Below, piece after piece: positions 1-13,248 of a stretch of DNA of 64,000 nt (the stretch's first letter is position 1; each line of letters begins with the position of its first letter). The notes under the pieces were generated by a model. It saw only the letters and a program-made list of their open reading frames with translations, was not told the origin of the DNA and made no database searches. Made by a program: the position numbers and the translations under genes. The stretch is from Saccostrea echinata. Its lineage: Eukaryota. Location: NCBI RefSeq assembly GCF_033153115.1, contig NW_026889764.1, forward strand, positions 11,904,001-11,968,000. Reading direction: 5' to 3'.

Positions 1-462
1 GACGACCAAATTCATACAAAATTTGTAAAATAAACATAGACTCTATGTTTTATAATGCATGAAAAATATTAACTACTTACCTAAACACTCAAACAGAAAT
101 ATGAAATCCTGACCATTATAATATGAAATATTTTCAGCTGTTTCAAAAAGAAATGGTCAATGAGTGCATAATGCTTGAATTTCAATCATAAGCACGAACA
201 ATACAAAGAGCTGGATTTTACGGCGGAAAATCCAGGTGTCTAGTCTACGTTATATTTAATTATTTATGCACATAACCTTAACATTTTTACGATGCCGGTG
301 ATTCTTTGTTACAGCTATTAAAGATCTTGTTCAATTCACCCAAAAGGCTTTCTGTTTGTATGACTACTATCTCCCCCAATGTATTTAATTACAGAGTGTC
401 TATTTTATATTTTGGATGTTTTACACTAAGGACAATAAGGACCAACAAACAACTACACTGTA

Positions 463-3297
463 CACTGTAAAAAAATGATGTTTAACTTGTGTTTTAATTT
501 TTAAACAGTCGTGTTTTACAATTAAACATGGTGAGTTTAAATACAAAACATTAACGTTTAACATATAAACACGACTATTTAAATTGGTGTTCAATAAGTT
601 GGGTGTTTAATCATCCATCTTAAACACGCAATGTTTATATGCATCAAATCAAAAAATTAAATTAGGTGTTGCTTCTCAGTATTGCTGTGTGCATTTGTTA
701 TTTGTACAATTTCTTAATTTATGAAGTAATTTCGTACATACTAGTAGATATTTTTCGACACAGAAAAAATATGAATAGCCAGGCAATACGTTGACTTTAG
801 ATCATACCAAAAGCAATTACAATTAACATTAATTTATGGTAATTTTATGCCAAAAATTCATAAATTTCATAAACTGTTAAAGGGGAAAGAGAAACATATA
901 CTATGATGACTTCTATAATTTTATCAATATTTTAATCACCGGTGTTTAACACGAGTGTTCATTTCTTAACCATAATATATTTATAAATTAAACACTTGGC
1001 ATATATATAGAAATTGCAAAATAAACACCTGCGTTAAATACGTGATGATAGAAAATGACGCAATTGATTATGTCATAACATGCCATTTGAACGCAGAAGA
1101 TGCAGAATCACGCATATACTGGCAAAAACACCATATCTAACAAGGAAACAGGAGGTATTTATACATTTCTTTATATAAAATCTGAAAAAAATTGAATGTT
1201 TAATACATTAGAGATTTATACTGCTTTTCATTTATGAAATGCAGGATTGTTAGGCTTATCGTCTGAGTGCAAATGCTGCCATGTGCAGCGGTCGGCATAA
1301 AATATTTGTAGTCTTTAAGTATTTTGCGATATCTAATTAATTTGCAGGGACGTTCCTCTCTTATTGTGAATCCTGAGAAGAATACATTACTTGATAAAGG
1401 AAAGTGATTTTAAACGAAGATCACACTTAACCTTGAGAGGTGAGTTTAAAGGGCATTTCAAAGAAAAAGGGGCACCCCCCTTACACACACACACCCTCAC
1501 ACACAACCCCTTACACACACAAACACAAACATCATTGTTTCCTAGCCTACACTAGTTTTGGGTCTCCCAGTAACATGAAATTTAAGTAAATGTAATCCAA
1601 TTACCTGCCCTTGATAAAATTTATGCTCCCTATCACGCATTATTATGATTATTTGCTGACCATACATAACTTAACACATAAGCGTTAACAACAACACTTT
1701 CCATCCCCTGCCAGCGCATGTATTCTTTAAGGAGACTTTACATTTTTGGGGAGTGTTGTTTACATGATAGAAAATGCCTTGGGTAGCCCCCCCCCCCCAA
1801 CCTTCCCCCTTTTAATTGTTGCTGTTGGGCTGCTCCTGCAGGTACATTAATATTTAATTTTTTAGTGTATACATATACACTGTTTGTATGCTTATATGAT
1901 TTATTTGTATTGCAGATTTTTATTTCAAACTCGTTTCTCAATATGTATTTTATAATTAAAACTGGCGTGAAGGATAACAATTTTTTTTTATCTCAATGTA
2001 TTCTTTCACAGATAATTTTCTGAATTTGCATAGTGAATATTTTTTATCTATCTATTTTTCAGGATATTTCTGATAAGAAGAAGGAATTAGAAATACTAAG
2101 GTTGAATAAAATTTTGGAGAATGGAAAACTGGAGATCATCATCCGTGGCAGAAGAACCTGAATTTTACACACAAGCAGAGGAGACTGTTTAACTCGGTTA
2201 GAATATCATATGAAATTTAGTGAGTGATGCCCCGGCAGCTCTTGTGAAGTTGCAAGAATATTTAATGAATTAGTCGTTTACAGGTAAAAACTGGAAATTT
2301 TCTTCATTTGGTTAAAACTCTGAATATTAGTGAAAGTAAAATTATACGGGTACAACTGGATTTATTAACTGCAATACATACACAATGTATATATCCCGTA
2401 CCCAGGCAATAAATAAGATTTTCAGTTTTTGTGCATTATATTTAATTATGAAATTGTTTGTTTAATTAAAAACGATGTAATGGACGCCCTTTCCCTTTTT
2501 TAAGATAAAGTTTCAAAATTTTATTCCTGAAAAATAATATTTCATTTTATTAAGCGATTTTCCTATTTCACCCCCCCCCCCCCCCGCCACCAGTTTTATT
2601 GAATTTAGTTCACATGCAGGTTTTACATGTTCATGCTAGATTTTTTTTTTTTTTATATAATTCTATCTTTTAACTTGAATTGAATTATGTATCTACATGT
2701 GTGTGTTAGCAAATGTTGATAAATGTTATAATTGTTTATAAAGTTTGAATCTCTATTCAACATTAAATCATTTATTAATTAAGCTTTATGTACATGTTCC
2801 TCATCAAGAAGATGTGTGTTTTGTACTGTTTTATGTTTGTTTCAAATAAAAATGTTGAAAACTTATAAACACGTTTAAGTGTTTATTTATTTTGTAAATT
2901 AAACACGTTGAAGTGTTTAAAAAAATGACGTATAAACATGTTTAAGTGATTATTATCTGTTGCATCGAATAAACATGTTTAAGTGTTTAGGTTGAACGTG
3001 TTTATTAATAAAACATGAAATGTTTAAATTTTAAACACGTACGGTGTTTATTTAGTAAACTCCTTGTGTTTATTCAGTGTTTAATCTTTAAACATTTTGT
3101 GTTTTTTAAGTGTTTAGTATTTAAACAGAATGAGAAGGAAGTATTTAAATATTAAACCTCATGTGTTTAGAATTTAAACATTCTTACGTGTTTATTTCTT
3201 AAACACTTCACGAAGTGTTTAAATTTTAAACGTGTTAAAGTGTTTATTATCTGTGGCAATTTGGTGTTTATTTTTAAAACACTTATTTTTTACAGTG
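463..3297. mobile_element. Non-autonomous CACTA/EnSpm-like (CACTG-ended) DNA transposon, 2835 bp, TA target duplication
   Basis: Termini CACTGTAAAAAA (463) and TTTTTTACAGTG (3297), with TA on both sides (461-462, 3298-3299). Dense TAAACAC/GTGTTTA subterminal repeats at both ends. Removing it restores a Penelope-like frame ACT ACA CTG TAT GAC AAA CAA GAT GAC TTC (TTLYDKQDDF). No transposase ORF. Confidence 0.85.
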
Positions 3298-3820
3298 TAT
3301 GACAAACAAGATGACTTCAGCTTTTCCATCGTTATTCTACTATTATTCTACTATATTCATCGATATTCCACTATCACGTGCATATGATGTTTACAACTCT
3401 CTTATTCGATACTCATGAGCAGAGCCCGAGCACGAATTTCTAAACCAAGGCAGGCTGCTGACAATAAGTTGTTAAGGGATTTCAACAACCCCGTTTAAAG
3501 TCAACATTTCGTGAATTCTGTGGTTGTTATAATGACCTTGTTATATTTTGACTGACATATTTCATACTAATTGTTAGGCCTTCGTTTTTATGCTCAATTT
3601 GACTAGAATATTCCGTCTATCTGATCAATAGGATCACATTAATGGGCTCACGGCTGGAGTGAAAGGTCGACAGGAAGATGCTTACTTATCCTAATCACCT
3701 GATCCCACCTCTTGAATTTCCGGGGGGGGGGGGGGATTTTATGCCCTGTTGACATATTCGTATTGTTTGTAGGTTTTTTTTAAAGATCAATCACTGAACG
3801 TTATCGTCATCTCTTCATCT
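3298..3820 (+). mobile_element. Degenerate Penelope-like retroelement, 3' part (continues from ~330-462)
   Basis: YDKQDDFSFSI and RLKSTFREFCGCYNDL remnants (consensus-like YDKRDDFNF, RLKSSFRKFYGRYNDL), plus the conserved 3' motif GGTCGACAGGAAGATGCTTACTT..CACCTGATCCCACCTC. Confidence 0.75.
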
Positions 3821-4117
3821 CTCTTTTATTTTATACTCCTTAGACTCTGCATGGCGGTAAGAAATACATAGAAGAGGGGGTCTCTTTCTGGCTTTGTCCT
3901 TATGTAAGGTTTTTTAGATCAGTGGTCTATGCTGCGGCCTAAAAAAAATTAAACTTCTAAAAATGTTGTTAAGAAAATACATGTAGTATTTAGTAAGAAT
4001 TGAACAGACATGCTTTAAAAATTCGCACAATATCTAGTATGAAATTCGTAATGGTGTAGAGCACAACTGAAGAAGTGCAATTTCTAGTACGTGATATTCA
4101 ATACAAGAAGATCGTTT

Positions 4118-4208
4118 GGTAACTTAGTGGTAGGGGCGTTCGCTTCTTGATCGGGAGGTCTGGATTTAATTCTTGTTCGCCGCGCCGCGTCAAACCTAAG
4201 ACGTAAAC
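4118..4208 (+). mobile_element. tRNA-derived SINE head (truncated)
   Basis: TAGTGGTAGGGGCGTTCGCTTCTTGATCGGGAGG...GCGTCAAACCTAAGA, nearly the same as the SINE head at 52100. Confidence 0.7.
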
Positions 4209-4639
4209 ATAAATATGAATACAAAGTCATAATGTAACAAATCGTTCCATTCTTTCGATGTCCCGAATTGTAATCGACTTTCCTTCCTACTTGCCGGCAA
4301 ATTTCCTTGGTTGTTTCCCTCTGATAGAGATTCATACATACACAATTGAACGTTCATTATCAAAGGAATATCGTTGATGTCATAGTTTCCACCATCCGCA
4401 CTGTATAGTTGATTTATTTAACACTTAATCCATTCGTTGTATTCATCCTACGACCAGCTATTCGACACCTATGTCATTTTAGTACCACGTAACCGTACCT
4501 TTTCCTGCGAGGACGATAAATCACGGGCGTTTTATCGCCTAATTAGGACTGTTTTCAGCTAAATTAAACGTTCAGTTCAGTCAATTCTCTCAAAACCATG
4601 TAAATGGTACATGAGGTATTAAAAAAGAACATATATACA

Positions 4640-5440
4640 TATATTAATACAATGGGTGAAGCAAGAAGTTTGAGTCGCATCTAGCTAGAGGGAGAAAAGA
4701 CCAAACAAATAATTTTAATAATAAATGTACACAGCTTTTTTAAAATTTCACCATCTTTTGAGCACATGTTTTCACAGAATTTTATAATATTTGGCTTACA
4801 ATAAAATTTCGGGCCCGAGAATATTTTCTTCAAATATTCTAAAGCATTACATTCCAAAATATATTGGTATTCATCTATATTTTTTACTATCGCACAAATA
4901 ACAAAGTTGTTCATTTCTTTGTGTACAATTCCATCTGCCTGTTTCGACTGGGAGATGGTGATTTGTTGTTCTAAATTTTACAAGAGTTTCTCTCAATTTA
5001 CCGTCTGATTTCCAGTCCGTTGTAGCAGAATGTTTTATATACAGGCGATATAGTGTCTTGATTACTGTCACTGTTCGCAGGGCTTGATCCTGTCGTTGTC
5101 CACGGTGTATGTACACAGACGGCGCTGGTGCTGTGCGGCGAGGCGAGTTCGTCTCTTCTGGGGCGGGTTCCATATTTTCATACAGGTACAGCTAGCGGCC
5201 AATGTAAGGAGTGTCTTTAACCAGTTTTACGCATGTCTTCTCTTTTCTTGCCTGTCAGATTCCTGGATATCGTCTTTTTATCTAGCTCTTTATCGTCTGG
5301 GAGAAATAGCTCATTTACCTACAGCTTCTAAGAGGCATGGAATCAAACAAATTCTCTGTCTTGAAAGAAAGAGAATTTTGCCGCTATATTGCAAGGTTTG
5401 GAGCTGAATTCATCATAAATTCCCATTCTGTGAACTCCCT
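4640..5440 (-). mobile_element. LINE ORF2 C-terminal remnant (Cys/His knuckle), frameshifted and interrupted
   Basis: LVKFRTTNHHLPVETGRW...LCYLCD..DEYQYILEC, typical of the C-terminus of mollusc CR1/L2-group LINE ORF2. Confidence 0.8.
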
Positions 5441-5451
5441 CAAATGAAATC

Positions 5452-5749
5452 AGTCGCCTGCTTGGCGCAGTGGTTAGAGCGTTTGCTTTTAAGTCGCGGA
5501 GATCCTTAAGTGATCCTTACGTCGCGGGTTTGAATCCCACTGCGGGACGTAGAGACCGGTCCTTCGAATGAAACCTTATAAACCAAGGTCCCGTGTCGCA
5601 GTAGGTGCTGGCACGAAAAAAGATCCCCCACTGCTCAATGGCCCTGAGTGCCAAGTACAGGTCAAAATTTGCAGCCCTCCACCGGCAAGTGGTGGCGTCT
5701 CCATATGAGTGAAAAATTCTCGAGAGGGACGTTAAACAACAAACAAACT
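5452..5749 (+). mobile_element. Near full-length tRNA-derived SINE (bivalve Meta/MESC-type core)
   Basis: A-box TGGCGCAGTGG, B-box-like GTTTGAATCC, core AAGGTCCCGTGTCGCAGTAGGTG..GGCACG, tail TCTCCATATGAGTGAAAAATTCTCGAGAGGGACGTTAAACAACAAACAAAC. Related copies at 22500, 48875 and 52088. Confidence 0.85.
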
Positions 5750-5759
5750 CAAATAAAAT

Positions 5760-6460
5760 ATAAGCATGGATTTTTAGCTTTCATTTTTAAGAAGTTATGT
5801 AGCACTGCCTCACAGTCTTCATCTTTCCTTTCAAGAAAACCACAGAAACTAAATTGTCTCTCATTGATCTACTCTTGTGATCAGTGGTGGATTCCTGCAG
5901 TTCGTCGTTTTTCTTTACTAAGGAGTCAACACTTGTACCAAGTTTTGCGTCAATTCTCCTTGAGGCATCTTTTACCTCTATTAGTTCTGTATAAGCGGTA
6001 ACTTTGACACTATCAAACATGTCACTAATAGATTTGGTTTCTTTTGTTGTTTTCATTTCACATTCAAATATATTTGCATTTTATTTTTTGAGTGAGACAA
6101 CGGCCTCTGCTATCGTATTAATCGAACACATTTTAATCTCAATGTCACACCTTCTTTTTTCCAAAGTAGAATTATTTGCTGAAATGTTTGTAAGGCGTGT
6201 ATCAGTTTTCTATAGAATGGGATGTAGAGTGCTAAGTGAAATATATCATGATCAATAGGCTGATCATGAACACCCAGCTCACTTCCATATATAACTGGAT
6301 GACTTTGGGATAATAAATTCGCTTGTTTCTCTTAGAGATGTAGTAAAATTCATATAAGCTAGTCCTATAGTCCTGGATAAATTGAATACAATCTATTTCA
6401 AAACTCACCGAAACTTGATGTTTTCTCTCCCACGAGATTTACATAATTCTTAAACTAACT
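5760..6460 (-). mobile_element. LINE ORF1 remnant (coiled coil plus start of RRM-like region)
   Basis: Coiled-coil-like stretch followed by KSRSMRDNL(V), matching the CRSMRDNLLF motif of mollusc LINE ORF1; frameshifted. Confidence 0.65.
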
Positions 6461-6796
6461 GCACCATTTTTCAACCTCACTGAATATTCTTTGTAGCGTT
6501 TTCTCACTTTTTCCACAAAGCGAATTTTTTATACCACTTAATTTTACTTGACTCTTGACCTAAGGCTGTGTAACGTTAAAACGATTATAAGTAATAACAA
6601 GACTATAATTTTGTTTTGTTTGATTTAATATATCATACATGTAGGTTACATTTAACACAATTGAAAAAGCCAACTTTTTCAATATAATTTTTTGGAGTGA
6701 ATTCCATAAGATTTGAAATATCGGTCAAAGTCAGACAAAGTGATTATCGGTAATTGTGCATTCATGTTTACTTCTTGTACTGTAAAATTCAATATT

Positions 6797-8333
6797 TCAT
6801 AAGTCTTCAATCAAATTGTTTCCAACTTCTTTGCGCAATTTTTGGAACAAAACAAAAATCCCATACATGGTTAGAATGCTAAAAAGCAGACTTTCCCCGG
6901 CAAGCATGATGGAATAAGGAAACAGTGCTTCCACTGCTGTCTTTTCACTGTCCCCAATTTGAAGTTTAAAACGCTTTAATCCTTCTTTGTTACTTTCGAT
7001 CGAAGAGATTATCAGAAGGAATTCAAGTAAAGCTGTATAAAAACAGGTACAAAAAAGTTGTTAGGTTTTACTCATTTAAATCTATCAGATAATAAAAATT
7101 AATGAATAAGATTCATTTAAAGCTTAGTAGCCATGATGCATTTTTATAAATATATATTTAATGGAAATAAACCTCTCGCTGCATAATTTATACAAAGACT
7201 GCTACATCATCTACTGGCACATTGTTTTGATTATTATACCACAAAATAGTCCATTGTCCGAATTTGAACTAAATCTACTATCAATGAGACAATAAAACAA
7301 CTTGCCTGCGAGGAACATAGAAATTCCTGCTGCGAGAACTCTGTGGGAAGATCCAAAGTTTAAAAGGAGAAGAAAAAAGGTAACAGAGCAAAGACCTAGG
7401 ACAGCAGCAGAGCTAATCATCTGACCTGAAAAAAAATACATCTTTTATATTAAGCTATAACAGGACTCATTTCAGTTTTTCTTTTTACAATACTTAAATT
7501 GTTTTTATGATGAACTCTTCCAGGAATAGAGATAAATATATGTAACTTACTTATAATAAGGACAAGTGCTGGAGAATTGTTGCCAAGCGGGCGACGATGA
7601 CAAGTTCGATTTCGATAAGTATAAAGGTCATAGCATATATCAGTATAAAAGAAATTTCCCTTTAATTCCCAAAAGATGAAGCGTTGAACCTAAAAATAAT
7701 GCTACAATTAATATATGTAATAGGTTTGCCTCTCTGTCTCTTTCTCTCTTGTATACTCTCTTCGTCTACACTTAATCACAATAATAATATTTCTAGTATT
7801 TCCAAAAATATATTTCGAACAATCAAATGTCTTATAATTACGTAATCTTTGTAGAAATATTTGTAATAGTGTAAGATTGTGTTATTCCACATCATCTGCT
7901 CCTGAAAAATGAAGAAAAATATTTCAAATATGTCGGAATGTACCGTGAACTGCATGTTAGGGAAGAGGGGTTTCTATTTACTTAATATTTCGTTTTTCTG
8001 GATTGAATTGTTACTCAACAAAAATTGTTTCTATTTGCATAGATAAAATAAACTAACGTCTTGATTTATATAATTGTGATATGCTTTATGTGATGACGTT
8101 AAAATGGAATTGGAGATCAGGAATTTTTTTCCTTTAAACACCATTTTTCAGATCTTATTTTTGTCACATGAAAAACAACAATTCATTTGCACGAATACCT
8201 TTACAGACTTATTTGGGACGGGAATGTAAGCTGAAAACAGAATCCACCCCGGTGTGAGTATGGCGGAAATCCAAAATCCAAATGTTATTACCACCAAAGT
8301 CAGCGTCAGCATACTTGTAGTCCTTATTTTCAT
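6797..8333 (-). CDS. Claudin/PMP22-like four-transmembrane protein, 229 aa, 5 coding exons
   Basis: Exons 8333-8199, 7901-7842, 7689-7551, 7425-7306, 7032-6797 (690 nt, phases 0,0,1,1, open to TGA). TM1 followed by TPGW, two Cys in loop 1, TM2 and TM3, FPYS before TM4. Intron 4 has a GC donor. Exons 1 and 2 are supported by the paralog at 61515/63937. Confidence 0.85.
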
Positions 8334-8873
8334 CTTGAAAGCTTTGAAAATATTAAAAGTATAATTATCGGTAGGAATACATCGACAAATCTTTAAAGAC
8401 GCATTGCCTTTGTGAACATAATAACATTATCCAAGTGATTTGAAAACATAAACTAGATGTCTCAATCTTCATCATAATAGCACAGACAGTTGGTTACTAG
8501 GTGTCAAGATACAAAGAAAAAATCCAAAGATGTACATCGTTTTCAATATGTCGTCAATAAAGATTACATGGTCTATAACTCCTTATTAACGTCTAAATAG
8601 ATTTTTAGATATTCCAGAGTAAATATGAAAATACATGTATTTAGAGACAAAATGTGTCTCAATAAATGCTGGTTCTGTACAATTGGCATCTGAATCCTCT
8701 ACTCAGGTGTCATATTTCTTTTAATTTTAGCAAAACGTGGATGGCGTCTCACAATGATACTAACTACATATATTTTTATGTTCTGGAAATAGTTATTCAA
8801 ACATATTTATCGCATTCTCATTTCGTGATAAAAATATTCCAACAATCGGGTTTGAATCAATAACTACCCAGAG

Positions 8874-8877
<4 letters not shown>

Positions 8878-8917
<40 letters not shown>
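8878..8917. repeat. (CT)n(AT)n microsatellite
   Basis: Direct reading. Confidence 0.9.
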
Positions 8918-9115
8918 ATAGACTATATAATACAGTATAGACTATATAATACAGTATATATGTTTGAAATTCCTGTAGTCTTTTCAAAGAACTACCTGGA
9001 TAGTGTGGTCAATTTTTTTATGTTTCAATGATAAGTTCAGCCCTTTATCATTTACATGACGTATAATTCGTAACAAATAAAAATAGATGTTTCTAGGCCG
9101 AGTTTCATGTAATTA

Positions 9116-9333
9116 TTTGTCCCCTACCGGTGAAACCGTAAGGGACTATAGGTTTCCTCTGAGTCTGTCTGTCTGTCTAACTGTCTGTCTAGCTGTCCGT
9201 CTAGCTGTCCCTCTGTCTGTCTGTCAGTCTATCCCACTTGGTTTTCCGCACTTTTTCGTAAACGCTTGCAGATATTCAGCTGATTTTTGGTATGTGGGTG
9301 TATCTTTATGAGTCACAGATCAAGTTTGCATTT
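9116..9333 (+). mobile_element. Helentron-associated non-autonomous element (HINE-like), one end
   Basis: TTTGTCCCCTACCGGTGAAACCGTAAGGGACTATAGG hairpin followed by a (GTCT)n microsatellite. Confidence 0.65.
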
Positions 9334-10639
9334 CGTTTAATGCAATACTCTCAGAATGCTTGCTTTCATTTACTGAAATGTAAAAAGAGAGTTTTCCATT
9401 CGACGAGTTTCATCATATACATGCATATATCTTTATATTATATATATTATATTATCTTTAAATTAAAATCATGTCTTTTGTGTTATCAAGAAATATCATT
9501 GCTTTTGTGAAATACTTGTATCTTACATATGATGTCATTCACATTCCCTCACATTAAAATATTTAAAAAAGAAAATACAGACGATGCACGATAATAAAAA
9601 AATAAACAACATTTTCACATTTTACAACGGACTATGCCGTTTAGAAGCATGATAAATTACAAATATAGAATGCATAACACAAGGATTAAACCCATAAAAT
9701 ATACTTACGTCAATGGTATTTTGAAGGGTTTTTTTTTATAACCACGACGCTGAAATTCAATGGAATAGAAGTCAGAAAAAAACCTGAATTTTGATGGGGA
9801 AAACCCAGTTTCACATAAATATATTATAGGTCTTCGTTCTATATAATTCGAGCTCACATTTTAGAAGGTAACTAATCGAATATCACGGCTATAAAGTTTA
9901 GTTGGTTACAAAGTGTGAAATATTCAAAAGTTAAATAACAAGAATTGTATATGATAAGTATCAAAACGTTGTAGTTAGCATTAAATGCACATAAAGTGCG
10001 CCAAGTTTTGAATTTGCTTTTTTATGTCGATGATTTCAGAACGTGAAAATTTATAAATATTGGTTTCAATGCTCTTCACAGATATACAAATGTCAATAAA
10101 ACAAATGTTTTAATAAGAAAAGATTGCATGAAACCCAGTATGTGTTAAAACATACTATTTACATCCCTGTCGGAAGTAGACTGTGAAGTGACAAAAGAAT
10201 TAAAAAGATTACAATAACAATACATATGTAATGGTTCCAGCTGACAAACCTTGCAACAGCATAGTCCTTGTTTGTAAATTTCACTATAACAACTGTACTT
10301 TAAGAGAACTTAGCTTTAAATCCACATGTGGTAAAACAACATATACTGTAAGCTCTCTTTCTAAAGATGCAAGTCTTCAAAACCACGTTTCAGTTTTAAA
10401 TATTCTCAAAGTCCCAGTTAACATGAGTGAATTTAAACTACCGTGCTTATATTGCAACGTACATCAAGGTCAAGAAAATGTTTCTTTATCTTTACTCTTC
10501 TCAAAAATAGTTACTGTTGTGAAGAAGAAACTGTAGAAGCACTTTACTACAACATATAGGAGAAGTACAGTAAATCAAATGTTGACTCTAAAACCACCCA
10601 GAGGGTTTTTCGAAAAAATTGAATTCAACTGTATAAAAA

Positions 10640-11150
10640 CTTACGATGTTTGAAAACAATTTTGCAGGTTTATGACATCACAGCCAACTACTTCCTCAAA
10701 AATATGGCATATTTATATTTTATGATCAGTAGACTACCAAAATACTTTGTGATTCTACACTGAAGTGTACTGATTTTGATACTGAAGAGATTCTGGCGTT
10801 CCTCATGAAGAATATATCTAGTCTTTGGAGATCAGGTCTACCAATAATCTGTTGGAATTCCCAGGAGCACAAATTGTACGCCTTTATTAACCGACCCGAC
10901 TATGTATTTTTACGAGCAAAATTTATTTCAATTTTAAGAACTTCTTCTTGAGAGGAAAAGACTCTTGGTGTGGTCTTCAATTCGACAAGTGGACACATCT
11001 AAACCTTATATCAATTAAAACTTTTCATTTTCATTCATTCATTCACTCAAACATCCAATTAAACATTGAATATAAAACACCTCAGAGTGCGCAACATCTT
11101 TCTTGCCATCAATAAATCTCCCTATTGACACTTTTATAGCAATATTTCAT
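10640..11150 (+). mobile_element. Penelope-like RT fragment
   Basis: GDQVYQ.SVGIP..TNC.PLL.D (consensus QQSVGIPMGTNCAPLLADL); degenerate. Confidence 0.75.
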
Positions 11151-11184
11151 TGTCACATACCTAAAGCGTCTGTTTCCAAATGAA

Positions 11185-11990
11185 ATAGGTGAAGATAAGA
11201 ACAGTGATCGATCTAAAAAAAATTACAAATAATACAAATCTGTGAACATGGCATAACACATGAACCCTGAAAATTACAGAGGTGGGTTCAGGTGCCTAGG
11301 AGAAGTAAGCATTCCCTGTCGACCTGCCACTCCCTCCGTGATCCCAATGTATTGATCAGGTACTAGACGGAATATTCCGTAGTCAATTTAAGTTAAAAAA
11401 AAAACAACAAAGGCCCAACAATTGGCATTAAATGTCAGTGAAATACGATCTCATAATAGATTTTACATGTATTTGCTAACAAGGTCATTATAACGACCAT
11501 AAAGTGAACGAAATGCTGACTATAAATGGGGTAGTGAAATCCCTGTAACATCAACTTACAATTTTTTCAGTAGTCTGTCTGTGTTAAATATTGATCGTAC
11601 TCAGAGCTTTTCTTGAGTATCGAATATGTTAGGAAACATAAACACCATGTGCAGTTGATAGTGGAATATTACTGCAAAAATAAGAAAAGTTGACGATTGA
11701 AAATCTGAAGATATCTCGTTTGTCCTACAGTTTAGTTGATAGTTGGCCAAATACATTCTATGAAACAGATGTGGTAGACTCTGTCGTGTCTTTTATTTCG
11801 AGTTCACTGGGATACATCGAGTTGACATATGATCACTATATGACCATTGAACACTGTTCTGTATCTTCACCTTTTACATGAATGGAGTAAGTATTGTTAG
11901 TCGATTGTTCAAATAAGATCGTACATCATTGCTTTTATTATTGACGCAAAACAGTGAGCCTAGCAGCTGATCTTAATAAAAAATAAGGCA
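11185..11990 (-). mobile_element. Penelope-like fragment (RT thumb plus 3' motif), facing the previous fragment
   Basis: YPSELEIKDTTES and RDIFRFSIVNF remnants; 3' motif GGTCGACAGGGAATGCTTACTTCTCCTAGGCACCTGA. Confidence 0.75.
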
Positions 11991-12589
11991 GTGTTCTCCT
12001 TTATGGTTACATAAATTTAATCCTTATCAATTATTAAATGTTAATTTTCCTTATACTCAAAGAATACACTGATATATTTCATTGTAGAATATTGATACTT
12101 TTTTTTCGGAAATAAGTTATATGCTTCTTAGGTTTATACTTCAGTATAGGTTACAAATCTTTATTGGAAAGCTTGATTATGCTTAAATGTATTGCACACA
12201 CTAGAATAAAAACTACATACGGATTCTTAATCAAAATATACCTTTCCTTGATTCGTTCAGTGACTGAGTATGAGGGTATACTATATATGGGATAACTGTA
12301 GTCATAGCCAATGCAAATTATTAAGAAGTGTACTTGTGAACGTTGCACCTTAAATATACGTATAATTGACGACATCACGTGCAATACATCAAAAATAATT
12401 TTATATTGGGTTGGAATGGGAAACTAAGTTTACCTTGGAAAAATCACAAGCTCACAATATTGTATGAACTACAACGTAACGTAAACCGGAAACATAAATA
12501 ATACGATTTATGAATGCATCCCAATTCAGCATATTAAGAATTTACGAAATACAAATTTATCGTACTCCCTCTCATACCTTACACAGTTA

Positions 12590-13190
12590 AGAGTTCACCT
12601 GAGTCACATTGGCCCTGCTTTTCTTAAGATTTTGTTTGATTTTTATTCCCATGAATGTTTGGATCCCATACAGATTTTTTAAAAACATTCTCCCCAGAAA
12701 ACATGCATTACGTAGAATTTACTTTTCAATTATGGCACTTCTTCCATTTTTTTTTTTTAACTTTTCATAGCTCAGCTGTTTTTCAGAGAAAAATTTGATT
12801 TTTTTCCAATAAATTTCCATGTTAATCCTCACTCTCCTATTATGGCTCAAATTTACCATCTGGGGTCATGATTTAAATGAAACTGAATCCACACTGTGTT
12901 AAGAACCTTTCATATTGATAGGACTAATAATGACAGAGCTGTACTTCAGAAGAATTTTAAAGATTTTTCCCTATATATTGCAATATATATTGCAATGTTA
13001 AAATGCTACCTCCTATTATGGCACCACCCTACCTCCGGTGCCCATGATTTAAACAAATTTGAATCTACACTACCGAAAAATGCTACCATATTTATATGAT
13101 TAATCATGGATCTGCTGTTTTTCATAAGAAGACTAAGATTTATTCCCAAGTTCAACGTCGACCTCCTTTTGAAGCCCTTTATTGAATATA
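12590..13190 (+). repeat. Degenerate Cg170-like ~166-bp satellite monomers (Helentron-borne)
   Basis: CATGATTTAAACAAATTTGAATCTACACTACC-type monomer motifs; same family as 61855-62840. Confidence 0.65.
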
Positions 13191-13248
13191 TACTAACATA
13201 CCACATATATGCCAAATAACTTTAAATGCATATAAATACATTAAGATA

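Noticed and set aside
5452-5545. tRNA genes (also 4118, 43255, 52088)
   Set aside because: A/B boxes are present but there is no complete cloverleaf, and most continue into SINE cores
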